Part shown: piece by piece, positions 51,623 through 61,393 of the stretch
Numbering within the stretch: position 1 is the stretch's first letter
How the letters are laid out: each line of letters starts with the position of its first letter
Assembly (NCBI GenBank): GCA_963713865.1
Contig: OY970208.1
Span: forward strand, 320,001 to 384,000
Direction: 5' to 3'
Origin: an uncultured candidate division Zixibacteria bacterium
GTDB taxonomy: Bacteria > Zixibacteria > MSB-5A5 > RBG-16-43-9
DNA length: 64,000 bases
Translations under genes and position numbers: made by a program
The notes under the pieces: generated by a model
What the model was told of the DNA's origin: nothing
What the model saw: the letters and a program-made list of their open reading frames with translations, nothing else
The model's database searches: none

Positions 51623-52747
51623 ATGGCAAAGAAAATATATTTCATCGATTCCCGGGTGGAAAAATTCGATTACAAATATAGCCTCCAGGGAAGGCTGGAA
51701 AAAGCTTTAGAAAGGATTGACCTTACAAAATATTTCTTCAGGGATGAACTGGTTCCCCTCAAAATGCATTTAGGAAATAGGGGAGGACACAATACCATCC
51801 GGCCTAATTTTGTCAGACTGGTAGCAGAGCAGATGAAGAAAGCCGGAGCCAAGCCTTTTGTTACTGATTCCTCCAGGGTGAAACCCTACGAATATTTGGA
51901 AGTGGCAAATGAAATGGGGTATAACCCGCTTTCCCTTGGATGCCCGGTTATAATTGCAGATGGAATATTCGGTTTCGATTCGGTTATGGTTAAAGCTGGA
52001 AAGATTTTGAAAGAGCTAACCATTCCCTCGGCTATCTATGATGCAAAATCTATGATGGTCTTATCCCATATCAAAGGACACATAGATTCCTCCTTAGCTG
52101 GAGCCATAAAAAATTTAGCCATGGGATGCGTTTCCCCTCAGCCTCGTAAGTGTACCTGGAAAGAGGGAGGTAGAGGAAAGATGCATTTTCAAATGACCGA
52201 GATAATGAGTTGGAATGAGAAGCTCTGTACCTATTGTTACATCTGCGCAAACAACTGCCCGGTAGGAGCGATTACAGTTAGAAAGGATTTTTTTGAAGTG
52301 GATAAGGAAAAGTGCTGGAGATGTGGAAGATGTGTCAAGGTCTGCCCGGAAAAAGCCTTATCTGTGCCTTCTTCGCATGAAAATTTCTCAGCCGCCTTAG
52401 CTGAGTCTGCTAAGGCAGTATTAGATACTTTTGAACCAGGCAAAGTTTTATATATCAACTTTATTTTAGATGTTCAGCCAGAATGCGATTGTATGGCAAT
52501 CTCAGATAACCCCTTGATTCAGGACCAGGGGATTTTGCTTGGAGATGATATCGTAGCCATTGAGACTGCGACTATGGATATAATTGAAAATGCCATCCCC
52601 TTACCCCAATCCAAAGCTGAAGGGATAGAATTGAAAAAAGGGGAAGATATCTTTAGCGCCCTGCACAAGAAAGATGCCCGGACACAGATAAAGGAAGCAA
52701 AGAATTTGGGATTAGGGGAAAGCGAGTATTATTTAGAAAAAATATAA
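51623..52747 (+). CDS. DUF362 Fe-S protein with 2x[4Fe-4S] ferredoxin domain
   Basis: KMHLG, SHIKGH, KNLAMGC, CTYCYICANNCP, CWRCGRCVKVCP. Confidence 0.9.
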   Translation: MAKKIYFIDSRVEKFDYKYSLQGRLEKALERIDLTKYFFRDELVPLKMHLGNRGGHNTIRPNFVRLVAEQMKKAGAKPFVTDSSRVKPYEYLEVANEMGYNPLSLGCPVIIADGIFGFDSVMVKAGKILKELTIPSAIYDAKSMMVLSHIKGHIDSSLAGAIKNLAMGCVSPQPRKCTWKEGGRGKMHFQMTEIMSWNEKLCTYCYICANNCPVGAITVRKDFFEVDKEKCWRCGRCVKVCPEKALSVPSSHENFSAALAESAKAVLDTFEPGKVLYINFILDVQPECDCMAISDNPLIQDQGILLGDDIVAIETATMDIIENAIPLPQSKAEGIELKKGEDIFSALHKKDARTQIKEAKNLGLGESEYYLEKI

Positions 52748-52840
52748 AAAAAGCTGGTAGCAGGTAGCTCGTAGCCTGTAGCCAGTGGCAAAAAACAGAA
52801 GCCCTACCTTGCCCTCAAGGTGGGGTAATTTAGTGAAAAA

Positions 52841-53776
52841 TTGCCAAAACAATATAAAAACTATCTGATCTTACTCCTGGCAGTTACCTCCGTTTCCTGG
52901 GCCTCTATTTTCATCAAGCTCTCAGATGCACCATCCTTGATAATTGCCTTTTACCGGATGGGCTTGGCTTCCTTATTCCTTCTCCCTTTTTTCATCAAAA
53001 AAGGATTGACAGATTATAAGGTTTTAACCGGAAAGGAGATTCTACTCTGTTTTCTTTCCGGTATTTTCCTGGGATTCCATTTTGTAACCTGGATCTCTTC
53101 TTTGGCTTACACCTCAGTCTCTAGTTCAGTGGTAATTGTAGCTACTCAGCCGATATTTGTGGCTTTACTCACCCCTTTGATCCTAAAGGAGAAAATCGAT
53201 CTGTGGGTATTTATAGCAATTTTAATTGCCCTGACCGGGATTTTCATCATTGCAGGTGGAGATGTAAAAATCGTAGGGGAAAACCTTAAAGGTGATATTC
53301 TATCTTTGATCGGTGCAATTATGGCTGCATTATATCTGACTTTGGGAAGAAGTATCCGGAAAAAATTGAACCTTCTTCCATATATTTTTCTGGTCTATTC
53401 TATCTCTACTGTGGTAATATTCATTTTCTGCTTATTTTCTGGAGTTAATTTCTCTCCAGTTACCTGGAAGAACCTTATCCTTTTTATCCTTTTGGCTCTG
53501 ATACCCACCCTTATCGGTCATACCCTCTATAATTACATCCTGAAATATGTCAAAGCCCATCTAGTAGGGATGACTATTTTGGGTGAGCCTTTAGGGGCAA
53601 CCCTCCTGGCTTTTCTGATCCTCAAAGAGATACCCGCCATCACTGTTTATCTTGGCGGGATTTTAATCTTCATCGGCATCTGGATAGCCGTTCTGGAGGG
53701 AAAGAGCTTTAGGTTAGCTGCAGCGTCCGGGTTTATCCTTGACGTTTTTTGTCTTATCGTAGTGCGACCCTTTTAG
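52841..53776 (+). CDS. EamA/DMT transporter; C-terminus runs into REP sequence
   Basis: 10 TM helices in two EamA repeats. Confidence 0.9.
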   Translation: MPKQYKNYLILLLAVTSVSWASIFIKLSDAPSLIIAFYRMGLASLFLLPFFIKKGLTDYKVLTGKEILLCFLSGIFLGFHFVTWISSLAYTSVSSSVVIVATQPIFVALLTPLILKEKIDLWVFIAILIALTGIFIIAGGDVKIVGENLKGDILSLIGAIMAALYLTLGRSIRKKLNLLPYIFLVYSISTVVIFIFCLFSGVNFSPVTWKNLILFILLALIPTLIGHTLYNYILKYVKAHLVGMTILGEPLGATLLAFLILKEIPAITVYLGGILIFIGIWIAVLEGKSFRLAAASGFILDVFCLIVVRPF

Positions 53777-53878
53777 GGTCGCCAAGAATCGTAGGGGCAC
53801 GTTGTCCTGCCATCGGCGGGATGCCCCTACTTTTTTCACACCAAATAGTCTATTAAATCCTCACGTATTATAATTAAA

Positions 53879-53895
53879 TTGAGACTAAATCTCAA
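53879..53895. promoter_or_regulatory. Fur-box-like operator
   Basis: TTGAGA-N5-TCTCAA between TATAAT (53869-53874) and the fur ATG. Confidence 0.65.
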
Positions 53896-53905
53896 ATATA
53901 AATTT

Positions 53906-54331
53906 ATGAAAAAAGAAACTGAAATATTTACAAAATACCTGAAGACCAAAAAACTCAGCTTTACTAAGGAAAGGAAGTTTATCCTGGCTCAGGTTTTTGC
54001 TACAGATGGTCATCTGGAAGCAGATGAGATCTTTATGCAACTTAGAAAGGCAAAAAAGGATGTTTCCCGGGCTACGGTTTATCGGACTCTGGGGCTTCTG
54101 GTCGACTCTGGCCTGGTCAGGAAAGTCTATCTGGGAGAAGACCATATCCATTACGAGCACACCTTCGGGCATACTCATCACGACCATCTGGTATGCATAA
54201 AATGCGGCAAAGTGATTGAATTCTCGGATAAAAAAATTGAAAGACTTCAGGCAAAGATCTGCCAGAAAAGCCGGTTTCAAGAGATAAGCCATACCGTGCA
54301 GATTTTTGGTTATTGTAAAGATTGTAGATAG
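53906..54331 (+). CDS. fur: Fur family regulator
   Basis: HLEADE, VSRATVYRTL, HHDHLVCIKCG, GYCKDC. Confidence 0.9.
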   Translation: MKKETEIFTKYLKTKKLSFTKERKFILAQVFATDGHLEADEIFMQLRKAKKDVSRATVYRTLGLLVDSGLVRKVYLGEDHIHYEHTFGHTHHDHLVCIKCGKVIEFSDKKIERLQAKICQKSRFQEISHTVQIFGYCKDCR

Positions 54332-54363
54332 TTTAAAAAAACCTTTACCTCAGAGAATACAAA

Positions 54364-54600
54364 ATGGGAAAAATCGATTTAACCCAACTGAAAGAGGGAG
54401 AAAGTGGCTTAGTGACGGAGGTTCAAGGAGGATACGGTTTAAATCGCCGTCTCGAATCTTTAGGAATAAGAGTGGGGAAAAAGGTTACCAAGGTAAGTTC
54501 CCAGCTCATGCGGGGTCCCGTTACCCTCAGGGTAGACAATTCTCAGGTCGCCATCGGTTTTGGAATGGCGATGAAGATCCTCGTGGAACTGGAAAAATGA
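54364..54600 (+). CDS. feoA: FeoA family protein
   Basis: RRLESLGIRVG..GPVTL..VAIGFGMAMKILV. Confidence 0.9.
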   Translation: MGKIDLTQLKEGESGLVTEVQGGYGLNRRLESLGIRVGKKVTKVSSQLMRGPVTLRVDNSQVAIGFGMAMKILVELEK

Positions 54601-54654
54601 GGGATTATTATCTATGTTTTAGATGAGATTGTTATTCTGAGGAGGTGGCAAATT

Positions 54655-54855
54655 ATGACAAAAAGAAAATTTCGATGTTCTGAATGTGAACATACCTGGG
54701 AGATTGCTTATGGTGCCCCAAGACCATCTTTTTGTCCTCAGTGCAGAAGCGCAAACCTTCATCGGGTAGAAGAAAATAGAGGCTATGCTCGTAGAGACAG
54801 CAAAGGAAGAGGTCGTGACGGTTTAAGTGGACCTCCAGTGAAAAGGGAGATATAA
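54655..54855 (+). CDS. Small zinc-ribbon protein
   Basis: [20 protein letters not shown]. Confidence 0.75.
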   Translation: MTKRKFRCSECEHTWEIAYGAPRPSFCPQCRSANLHRVEENRGYARRDSKGRGRDGLSGPPVKREI

Positions 54856-54857
54856 AA

Positions 54858-55700
54858 ATGCAAACCGATCATAATAGAAAAACGAATACGACAATAAAAC
54901 TGGATAATGTTAAACATAAAATTGTGGTAATGAGTGGAAAGGGTGGTGTCGGTAAAAGTACCGTGGCTGTGAATCTATCGATCGCCTTTTCAATGCGTGG
55001 CGTTGAGGTTGGCCTTATAGACTGCGATATCCACGGACCGAGTGTCCCGAAAATGCTTGGCATTGAGGGTGAGCGCCTGCTCGGCTCTGAGGAGGGGAGT
55101 ATACAGCCCGTGATTCTCCCGCCGCATCTGAAGGTGATGTCTATGGGGTTTTTGTTGTCGGATAGGGACTCACCGGTAATCTGGAGAGGACCGCTTAAGA
55201 TGACTGCTATACGTCAGTTTCTGGAGGATGTGCGCTGGGGAGATCTTGAGTATTTGATAATTGATTTACCACCAGGTACCGGTGACGAACCGCTAAGCGT
55301 AGCCCAGCTTCTGCCCCAAATTGACGGCGCAGTCATTGTGACTACCCCGCAAGATGTGGCGTTAGTCAGCGTAAGAAAATCAATTAATTTCGCTAGAAAA
55401 TTAAACATGCCAGTGATTGGGCTGATCGAGAATATGAGTGGGTTCGTATGTCCGCACTGTGGAAAATCTACACCTATATTTAAAACGGGTGGCGGAAAGA
55501 AAGCGTGTAACGACCTTGGTGTGCCATTTTTGGGCTGTATCCCGATTGATACTAAAATAGTCGAATGCGGAGACAGTGGCAAACCTTTTGTGTTAGAGCA
55601 TGGGGATGCGCCCTCCGCAAAAGCGTTCAAGCAAATCGTTGATAGGATTGAGGAGTACCTAAACTTGAAGGAAAAACAAAAAAGAAAAGAGAATGTATGA
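54858..55700 (+). CDS. Mrp/NBP35 Fe-S carrier ATPase
   Basis: [32 protein letters not shown]. Confidence 0.95.
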   Translation: MQTDHNRKTNTTIKLDNVKHKIVVMSGKGGVGKSTVAVNLSIAFSMRGVEVGLIDCDIHGPSVPKMLGIEGERLLGSEEGSIQPVILPPHLKVMSMGFLLSDRDSPVIWRGPLKMTAIRQFLEDVRWGDLEYLIIDLPPGTGDEPLSVAQLLPQIDGAVIVTTPQDVALVSVRKSINFARKLNMPVIGLIENMSGFVCPHCGKSTPIFKTGGGKKACNDLGVPFLGCIPIDTKIVECGDSGKPFVLEHGDAPSAKAFKQIVDRIEEYLNLKEKQKRKENV

Positions 55701-55891
55701 AGATTCCAGAAGAAGATAAACCAGGCATGGGGTCTGAAGGGTTTTGTGTTTGCCCTAAATGCGGAGTGAAAATACCACATAGGGCAGGCATACCGTGTAG
55801 AGAAGAAAAATGTCCCACCTGCGGGATTAAAATGGTAAGAGAAGGTTCTTATCATCATCAACTGATTGAAGAAAACAAGAAAAAGAAATGA
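55697..55891 (+). CDS. Small Cys-rich (ferredoxin/zinc-ribbon-like) protein
   Basis: CVCPKCG..PH..G.PC...CP.CG..M. Confidence 0.8.
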   Translation: MKIPEEDKPGMGSEGFCVCPKCGVKIPHRAGIPCREEKCPTCGIKMVREGSYHHQLIEENKKKK

Positions 55892-55895
55892 GGTA

Positions 55896-56288
55896 ATGGT
55901 ATTGAAACACTCCCACTGCTATGTTTGTGACCTGAATAACCCGGTAGGTTTGCGGGTTGCGTTCCACCTGGAGGATAGGAAAGCCGTGGGCCGATTTATC
56001 CCCCAGCCGGAACATCAAAGTTTTGAGGACGTAACCCATGGCGGTGTTTTGAGCGCTTTGTTGGATGCGGCAATGAATCGCATCCTGCTTTTCCATTCCG
56101 TAAAGGCGAAAACAGCAAGGCTGAAAGTTCGCTTTAAAAACGAAGCAAAGATTGGGGAGCCTCTCACCGTGATAGGTGAAGTTGTCCGGGTTAAAAAATT
56201 GTACGCCGTAACGAGAGGGGAAGTGAAAGACTCGCAGAACAACACTATTGCCCAGGGAGAAGCAATCTTTATCGTGCAGCGGGAATAG
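55896..56288 (+). CDS. PaaI family thioesterase
   Basis: CYVC..NNPVGL..HGGVLSALLDAAM. Confidence 0.88.
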   Translation: MVLKHSHCYVCDLNNPVGLRVAFHLEDRKAVGRFIPQPEHQSFEDVTHGGVLSALLDAAMNRILLFHSVKAKTARLKVRFKNEAKIGEPLTVIGEVVRVKKLYAVTRGEVKDSQNNTIAQGEAIFIVQRE

Positions 56289-56376
56289 AGAGAGGCACAT
56301 CGGTTTATCAAAGGTGAAAATGAGAAGTGTTATGACTACCAACTAATTGAAGAAAAAAAGAAAGGTGGTGATTAAA

Positions 56377-56682
56377 ATGCCAGGTTTTGATGGAACAGGA
56401 CCTTTGGGATTAGGACCGATGACTGGACGTGGAATGGGATATTGTGTGATGCCCCTTCCCCAGCCCGGAAGAGGCAGGATCCAGTATGGCTTTGCTGGGA
56501 TAAGTGGGATGAAGGTGCCTATTACTTCACCCTATGCATTGGGGAGTCCCTATTTAAGTGGATTATCTTCCTATGTGCCTTTTCGGAGACCTTGGTTCAG
56601 GAGAGGGGTTGGTTGGGGTAGGGGACGGTTTAGATCTGGACGCGGCAGAATTTGTGGACGCTCGCCATTCGGTTGGTGGTAA
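56377..56682 (+). CDS. DUF5320-like Gly/Arg-rich protein
   Basis: MPGFDGTGPLGLGPMTGRGMGYC. Confidence 0.85.
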   Translation: MPGFDGTGPLGLGPMTGRGMGYCVMPLPQPGRGRIQYGFAGISGMKVPITSPYALGSPYLSGLSSYVPFRRPWFRRGVGWGRGRFRSGRGRICGRSPFGWW

Positions 56683-56824
56683 AAGTTGAGATTAATGGTA
56701 AGACTTCGGCGTTCGCACTGATGTTTGAGGAATAAGGAAGCTTAGAATTGTCAAAGGAAATTGAAAAAAGAATGGGAAATGAAAAGTGAAAAGAAAAACC
56801 AAAAGATCTAAGGAGGTGATTGAC

Positions 56825-57190
56825 ATGCCAGGTGGAGATAGAACAGGACCTTTGGGATTAGGTCCAATGACAGGTCGGAGGGCTGGCTTATGCGCTGGTT
56901 ATCCGGTGCCTGGGTATTTGAATCGCGTTTCTGACATAGGTTGGTTTGGAGTAGGCAGAGGTGGTTTTCCTCGGGGTGGTGGCAGGGGTCGCACCTTTGG
57001 TGGAGGTCGAGGACGGTGGTGGAGAAGTGGATTTTATGGGTATCCACCGTATGCACCAGCCTATCCTCAACCTACGGCTGAGGAGGAGAAGGAAATGCTT
57101 CAGGAGGAGCTCAGGAATCTGGAAGAAGAGAGCAAAGAAATCAGGAGCCGTCTGACAGAGCTGGAAAAGGAGGAGCCGAAGAAGAAGTAA
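56825..57190 (+). CDS. DUF5320 protein with C-terminal coiled coil
   Basis: MPGGDRTGPLGLGPMTGRRAGLC...EEEKEMLQEEL. Confidence 0.88.
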   Translation: MPGGDRTGPLGLGPMTGRRAGLCAGYPVPGYLNRVSDIGWFGVGRGGFPRGGGRGRTFGGGRGRWWRSGFYGYPPYAPAYPQPTAEEEKEMLQEELRNLEEESKEIRSRLTELEKEEPKKK

Positions 57191-57254
57191 GAAAAAAGGG
57201 AGGGAGAAAAACCTACTTTCCCCCTCCCTCATAAAATCAAAGAAAGGAGATATT

Positions 57255-57635
57255 GTGAAAGTTGCCATAACATCTCAAGGAGATAGCTTGGATGCCCAGG
57301 TTGACTTACGTTTTGGGCGATGTCCCTATTTCATAATCGTCGATCTGAAAGAGAAAAAAATTGAGGCTGTTCCCAATCCAGCTTCAGATGCTACAGGAGG
57401 TGCTGGCCCCCAAGCCGCCCAAACCATTGCTGATAAGGATGTAGAGACGGTAATAACCGGGAATGTGGGACCCAATGCTTTTAAGACGCTGAAAGCCGCG
57501 AATATAAAGATATTTCAGGGTGCTTTTGGAACCGTCAAGGAGACCTTGACTAAATACGAACTTGGGGAATTGGAGGAACTGTCAAATTCCTCTGTGCAGG
57601 GTCATTTTGGGTTAAGACAAGGCGAGGGAAAATAG
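57255..57635 (+). CDS. NifB/NifX family (FeMo-co binding fold) protein
   Basis: RFGRCPYF...GNVGPNAF..L. Confidence 0.9.
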   Translation: MKVAITSQGDSLDAQVDLRFGRCPYFIIVDLKEKKIEAVPNPASDATGGAGPQAAQTIADKDVETVITGNVGPNAFKTLKAANIKIFQGAFGTVKETLTKYELGELEELSNSSVQGHFGLRQGEGK

Positions 57636-57652
57636 AATAAGGAGCAAAAAAT

Positions 57653-58048
57653 ATGAAAATAGCAATTTCGACAGATGGTGAATATGTATCTCCTCATTTT
57701 GGACGCTGTCCTTGCTTCACTATCGTGGAAATGGAAGAAGGGAAAGTATTAAGCCAGGAAATAATTAACAATCCCGGACACGCACCTGCGTTTCTGCCCC
57801 AGTTTCTATCTGAGAAGGGAGTTAGCTGTATAATAGCAGGTGGCATGGGCGGACGTGCAGAGGGACTTTTTTCCGAACAGGGTATCGAAACCATAGTTGG
57901 AGTAAGCGGTCGAATAGACAATGTAATAGAGAAACTCGTCAAGGGGACGCTCAAAGGTGGAGAGAGTTTATGCAAGCCTGGATCAGGCAGAGGTTATGGA
58001 GTTGAAAAAAACAAATGTGATCATCCAGAACATCCCCATAATCATTGA
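57653..58048 (+). CDS. NifB/NifX family protein with His-rich tail
   Basis: HFGRCP.F..NPGH..GGMG.RA. Confidence 0.9.
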   Translation: MKIAISTDGEYVSPHFGRCPCFTIVEMEEGKVLSQEIINNPGHAPAFLPQFLSEKGVSCIIAGGMGGRAEGLFSEQGIETIVGVSGRIDNVIEKLVKGTLKGGESLCKPGSGRGYGVEKNKCDHPEHPHNH

Positions 58049-58118
58049 TCTTGAAACAAGGTGAACCATCTGGTGTTAGTTGAGGATTGAGTTAAAGTTT
58101 AAGAAAGGAGGAAAAAAG

Positions 58119-58349
58119 ATGCCGAGAGGTGATGGAACAGGGCCAACAGGACAAGGTCCGGGAACTGGAAGAGGTATGGGAATGGGACGGGGTCAAGGGA
58201 GAGGGCGTATGGGAGGTAATCGTCCCGGAGCAGGTTTGGGTGGCAGTTGTATGTGCCCTTCCTGCGGAGCCAAAACCCCACATCAAGCAGGAGTTCCCTG
58301 CTACCAGCTTACCTGCCCCAAGTGCGGTGCGAAAATGACGAGGCAATAA
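58119..58349 (+). CDS. DUF5320-like protein with Cys-rich C-terminus
   Basis: MPRGDGTGP...CMCPSCG..PH..GVPC...CPKCG. Confidence 0.85.
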   Translation: MPRGDGTGPTGQGPGTGRGMGMGRGQGRGRMGGNRPGAGLGGSCMCPSCGAKTPHQAGVPCYQLTCPKCGAKMTRQ

Positions 58350-58361
58350 AAAGGAAGAGCG

Positions 58362-58559
58362 ATGCCTATCTATGCTTACAAGTGTAAGGACTGTGGCGCC
58401 CAGTTTGAGCTTTTAGTGGGCGTCACATCGGATTCTAACGAAATAAAATGTGAAAAGTGTGGCAGCAAGAATCTTGAGAGGTTATTATCAACCTTCGGAC
58501 TGGGGAGTAGTTCGTCGAGCAGCTCTGCCTGCACCACCTTTACTTGACCGAGCAAATAA
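58362..58559 (+). CDS. FmdB family zinc-ribbon protein; probable selenocysteine at TGA 58545-58547 (otherwise ends at 58547)
   Basis: MPIYAYKCKDCG..CEKCGS...ACTTFT(U)PSK*; SECIS-like hairpin at 58560-58580. Confidence 0.75.
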
Positions 58560-58592
58560 TTGGGACTGGTCTAATCCCAAGAAGAGGCGAAG

Positions 58593-58838
58593 ATGCCAAT
58601 TTATGAGTATGAGTGTGAAGGGTGTGGGAAGGTAGTTGAGGTATTTCAAAAGGGATTTAAGCCTGATGAGCCTATCGTTTGTCCTAACTGCGGTTCGGAC
58701 AGGCTCAAAAAGCTCCTTTCCGCACCTGCAACAGTCATAATGGGCGACTCTTCTCCTAAAGGAACTACTTGTTGCGGACGGGAGGAAAGATGTGATACTC
58801 CTCCCTGCTCCTCTGATGGAATCTGTAGAAGAGATTAG
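58593..58838 (+). CDS. FmdB family zinc-ribbon protein
   Basis: MPIYEYECEGCG..CPNCGS..TCCG..C..PPC...C. Confidence 0.88.
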   Translation: MPIYEYECEGCGKVVEVFQKGFKPDEPIVCPNCGSDRLKKLLSAPATVIMGDSSPKGTTCCGREERCDTPPCSSDGICRRD

Positions 58839-58925
58839 GTTGTAAGTTTTAGGAAGCAAAAATGCAGTATCTCGTTAAAGGTTTTTTTCTAAACGATAAT
58901 ATTCTTAAATCTATTTTCTAGAAAC

Positions 58926-59654
58926 ATGCTGAAGCAGATAAAGTCCATAACCATCTATGTCATCTATGATAATAATCCATATGATTCCTATCTTAAGCCG
59001 GAATGGGGATTGTCATGTTTTATTCAAGGAACGGAAAAGACAATCCTCTTTGACACTAGTGGGAATGGGGCGACCTTGCTCTCCAATATGGAAAAACTAA
59101 AAATGAAGCCTGAACAGGTAGATTTAATCTTTCTTTCCCATATACATAGTGATCACACCGGAGGTCTTCAGGAATTTCTAAAGAAAAATAACAAGGTGAA
59201 AGTTTTCCTACCACAATCATTTCCTTTCAGATACAAAAAAGATATAAAAAATTCTGGCGCTCAATATATCGAGGTCAAAGAACCAATTGAGATTTGCAAG
59301 AATGTCTTCTCTACAGGCGAACTTGGAATTTCGATCAAAGAGCAGTCGCTTTTCATTAAGACGGAGAAGGGGTTAGTGGTTATCACTGGTTGCGCACATC
59401 CAGGGATAGTTGAAATCATTAAAAAGGCAAAAAAGCTCCTAAATGATGATCTCTATTTGATTCTGGGTGGATTTCATCTGCTGAACAGCTCAGAGGAAAA
59501 GATAAAAATAATTGTGCTCGAGTTTAAAAAGTTGGGAGTTAAAAAAGTTGCTCCCTGCCATTGTAGTGGAGAGCTTTGCCAGAAGATCTTTGATGATGAA
59601 TATAAACAAGATTTCATAAAATTAAGCGCAGGTGGAAAGGTAGAGGTAGAATGA
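58926..59654 (+). CDS. MBL-fold metallo-hydrolase
   Basis: SHIHSDHTGG, GCAHPG, GGFHL, PCHCSG. Confidence 0.9.
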   Translation: MLKQIKSITIYVIYDNNPYDSYLKPEWGLSCFIQGTEKTILFDTSGNGATLLSNMEKLKMKPEQVDLIFLSHIHSDHTGGLQEFLKKNNKVKVFLPQSFPFRYKKDIKNSGAQYIEVKEPIEICKNVFSTGELGISIKEQSLFIKTEKGLVVITGCAHPGIVEIIKKAKKLLNDDLYLILGGFHLLNSSEEKIKIIVLEFKKLGVKKVAPCHCSGELCQKIFDDEYKQDFIKLSAGGKVEVE

Positions 59655-60499
59655 TCATCTCGGTCGCCAGCGGAAAAGGAGGAACAGGGAAGACAATTAT
59701 TTCTACAAGTCTTGCTCTTCTTTTATCTGAGGATAAAGCACTTAAGGTTCAATTTCTGGATTGTGATGTAGAGGAACCAAACGCCCATATCTTCTTGAAA
59801 CCTCAAATTGACAATATTCAGCCGGTGAGTATACCTATCCCTCAGGTTGATAAGACAAAATGCAACTTCTGTGGTGAATGTTCAAAAGTTTGCTATTATC
59901 ATGCCATAATTGTAGCAAATGGAGAGGTTTTACTTTTCCCTGAGATCTGTCATGGATGTGGGGGGTGTACCCTTTTTTGCCCAGAGAATGCAATTATTGA
60001 GGTGAAAAGGAAAATAGGGGTAATAGAGGAGGGAGAAGCCGGAGATATTAGATTTATTCGTGGCTGTCTTAATATTGGTGAACCCATGGCTACCCCTTTG
60101 ATCAGGGATATTAAAAAGAGAATTAATTCTGATAGGGTTGCCATTATCGATGTCCCACCTGGAACCTCCTGTCCGGTGATTGAGGCAGTTCATGGAAGTG
60201 ATTTCTGTATACTGGTAACCGAGCCAACTCCTTTTGGTTTGAATGATCTTAGGTTAGCAGTACAGGTGATGAGGAAACTGGGCATAAAACACGGAGTAAT
60301 AATCAACCGGGCTGATATAGGTGATAGTAAAGTAAAAGAATACTGTCAAAAAGAGTCTATCCCGGTTATGGCAGAGATTCCATTTGACCGGAATGTTTCT
60401 GTTCTCTATTCCTCAGGTATTCCTATGCTGATTGAAGGGGAAAAGTATAGAAAGATCTTTGGTCAACTGTGGCAATCGATTAAAGAGGGAAAGGTGTAG
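59651..60499 (+). CDS. MinD-like P-loop ATPase with inserted 4Fe-4S ferredoxin domain
   Basis: SGKGGTGKT, DCDVEEPN, two CxxCxxC motifs, PPGTSCP. Confidence 0.92.
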   Translation: MIISVASGKGGTGKTIISTSLALLLSEDKALKVQFLDCDVEEPNAHIFLKPQIDNIQPVSIPIPQVDKTKCNFCGECSKVCYYHAIIVANGEVLLFPEICHGCGGCTLFCPENAIIEVKRKIGVIEEGEAGDIRFIRGCLNIGEPMATPLIRDIKKRINSDRVAIIDVPPGTSCPVIEAVHGSDFCILVTEPTPFGLNDLRLAVQVMRKLGIKHGVIINRADIGDSKVKEYCQKESIPVMAEIPFDRNVSVLYSSGIPMLIEGEKYRKIFGQLWQSIKEGKV

Positions 60500-61393
60500 A
60501 TGAAACAGTTGACAGTCGTAAGTGGGAAAGGAGGAACTGGGAAAACGGTCATCACAGCTGCATTTGTTGCCCTAGCCGAGAGAAAGGTTATGGCAGACTG
60601 TGATGTAGATGCAGCGGATCTATACCTTCTGCTCCATCCAAGGATAAAAGAAACCCACGAATTTAAAGGGGGAAGGAAAGCAATATTAAATATAGATTTA
60701 TGCACAAACTGTGGTAAATGTGTTGAGGTGTGTCGATTCGGTGCCATAAGGGAGAATGAAAAGCAAAACCCAGAAAGAGAAAATCAAATAACAATTGATC
60801 CCATTTCCTGTGAAGGATGTGGTGTTTGCGCCCTGATCTGCCCGGTTCAAGCTATTCAACTCCAAGAGAACCTTTCTGGAGAATGGTACATTTCGGATAC
60901 AAAATATGGGCCTATGGTTCATGCTAAGCTGGGAATAGCGGAGGAGAATTCTGGAAAACTTGTTAACTTGGTGAGACAAAATGCCAGATTAATTGCTCAG
61001 AGAGATAACTTAGATTTGGTAATCGTGGATGGTCCCCCTGGTATTGGCTGTCCGGTTATAGCTTCTGTAACAGGAGTTGACCTGGTGGTGGTGGTTACTG
61101 AGCCTACCCTATCAGCTATGTCCGACTTAGAAAGGGTGTTAAGTTTAGCCCGCCATTTTAAAATTGTCTCTGTGGTTTTAATCAATAAATATGATATAAA
61201 TTTAGAAAACACCGAGAAAATCACAAAATTCTGCCAAAGAGAAAAGATTGAAATCGCGGGGAAAATCCCTTTTGACAACGCTTTTACCCGAGCTATGGTT
61301 GAAGGTAAAATCATCCTTGAATATACGGATTCCAATTTGGTAAAAGAAATAAAAGAAATTTGGCAGAATATTTACGCAAGGATTGAAATATGA
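60500..61393 (+). CDS. Second MinD-like P-loop ATPase with 4Fe-4S domain
   Basis: SGKGGTGKT, DCDVDAADL, CTNCGKC, CEGCGVC, DGPPGIGCP. Confidence 0.92.
   Translation: MKQLTVVSGKGGTGKTVITAAFVALAERKVMADCDVDAADLYLLLHPRIKETHEFKGGRKAILNIDLCTNCGKCVEVCRFGAIRENEKQNPERENQITIDPISCEGCGVCALICPVQAIQLQENLSGEWYISDTKYGPMVHAKLGIAEENSGKLVNLVRQNARLIAQRDNLDLVIVDGPPGIGCPVIASVTGVDLVVVVTEPTLSAMSDLERVLSLARHFKIVSVVLINKYDINLENTEKITKFCQREKIEIAGKIPFDNAFTRAMVEGKIILEYTDSNLVKEIKEIWQNIYARIEI

Noticed and set aside
57255-58048. Nitrogen fixation genes
   Set aside because: Only NifX-like folds; no nifHDK/ENB.
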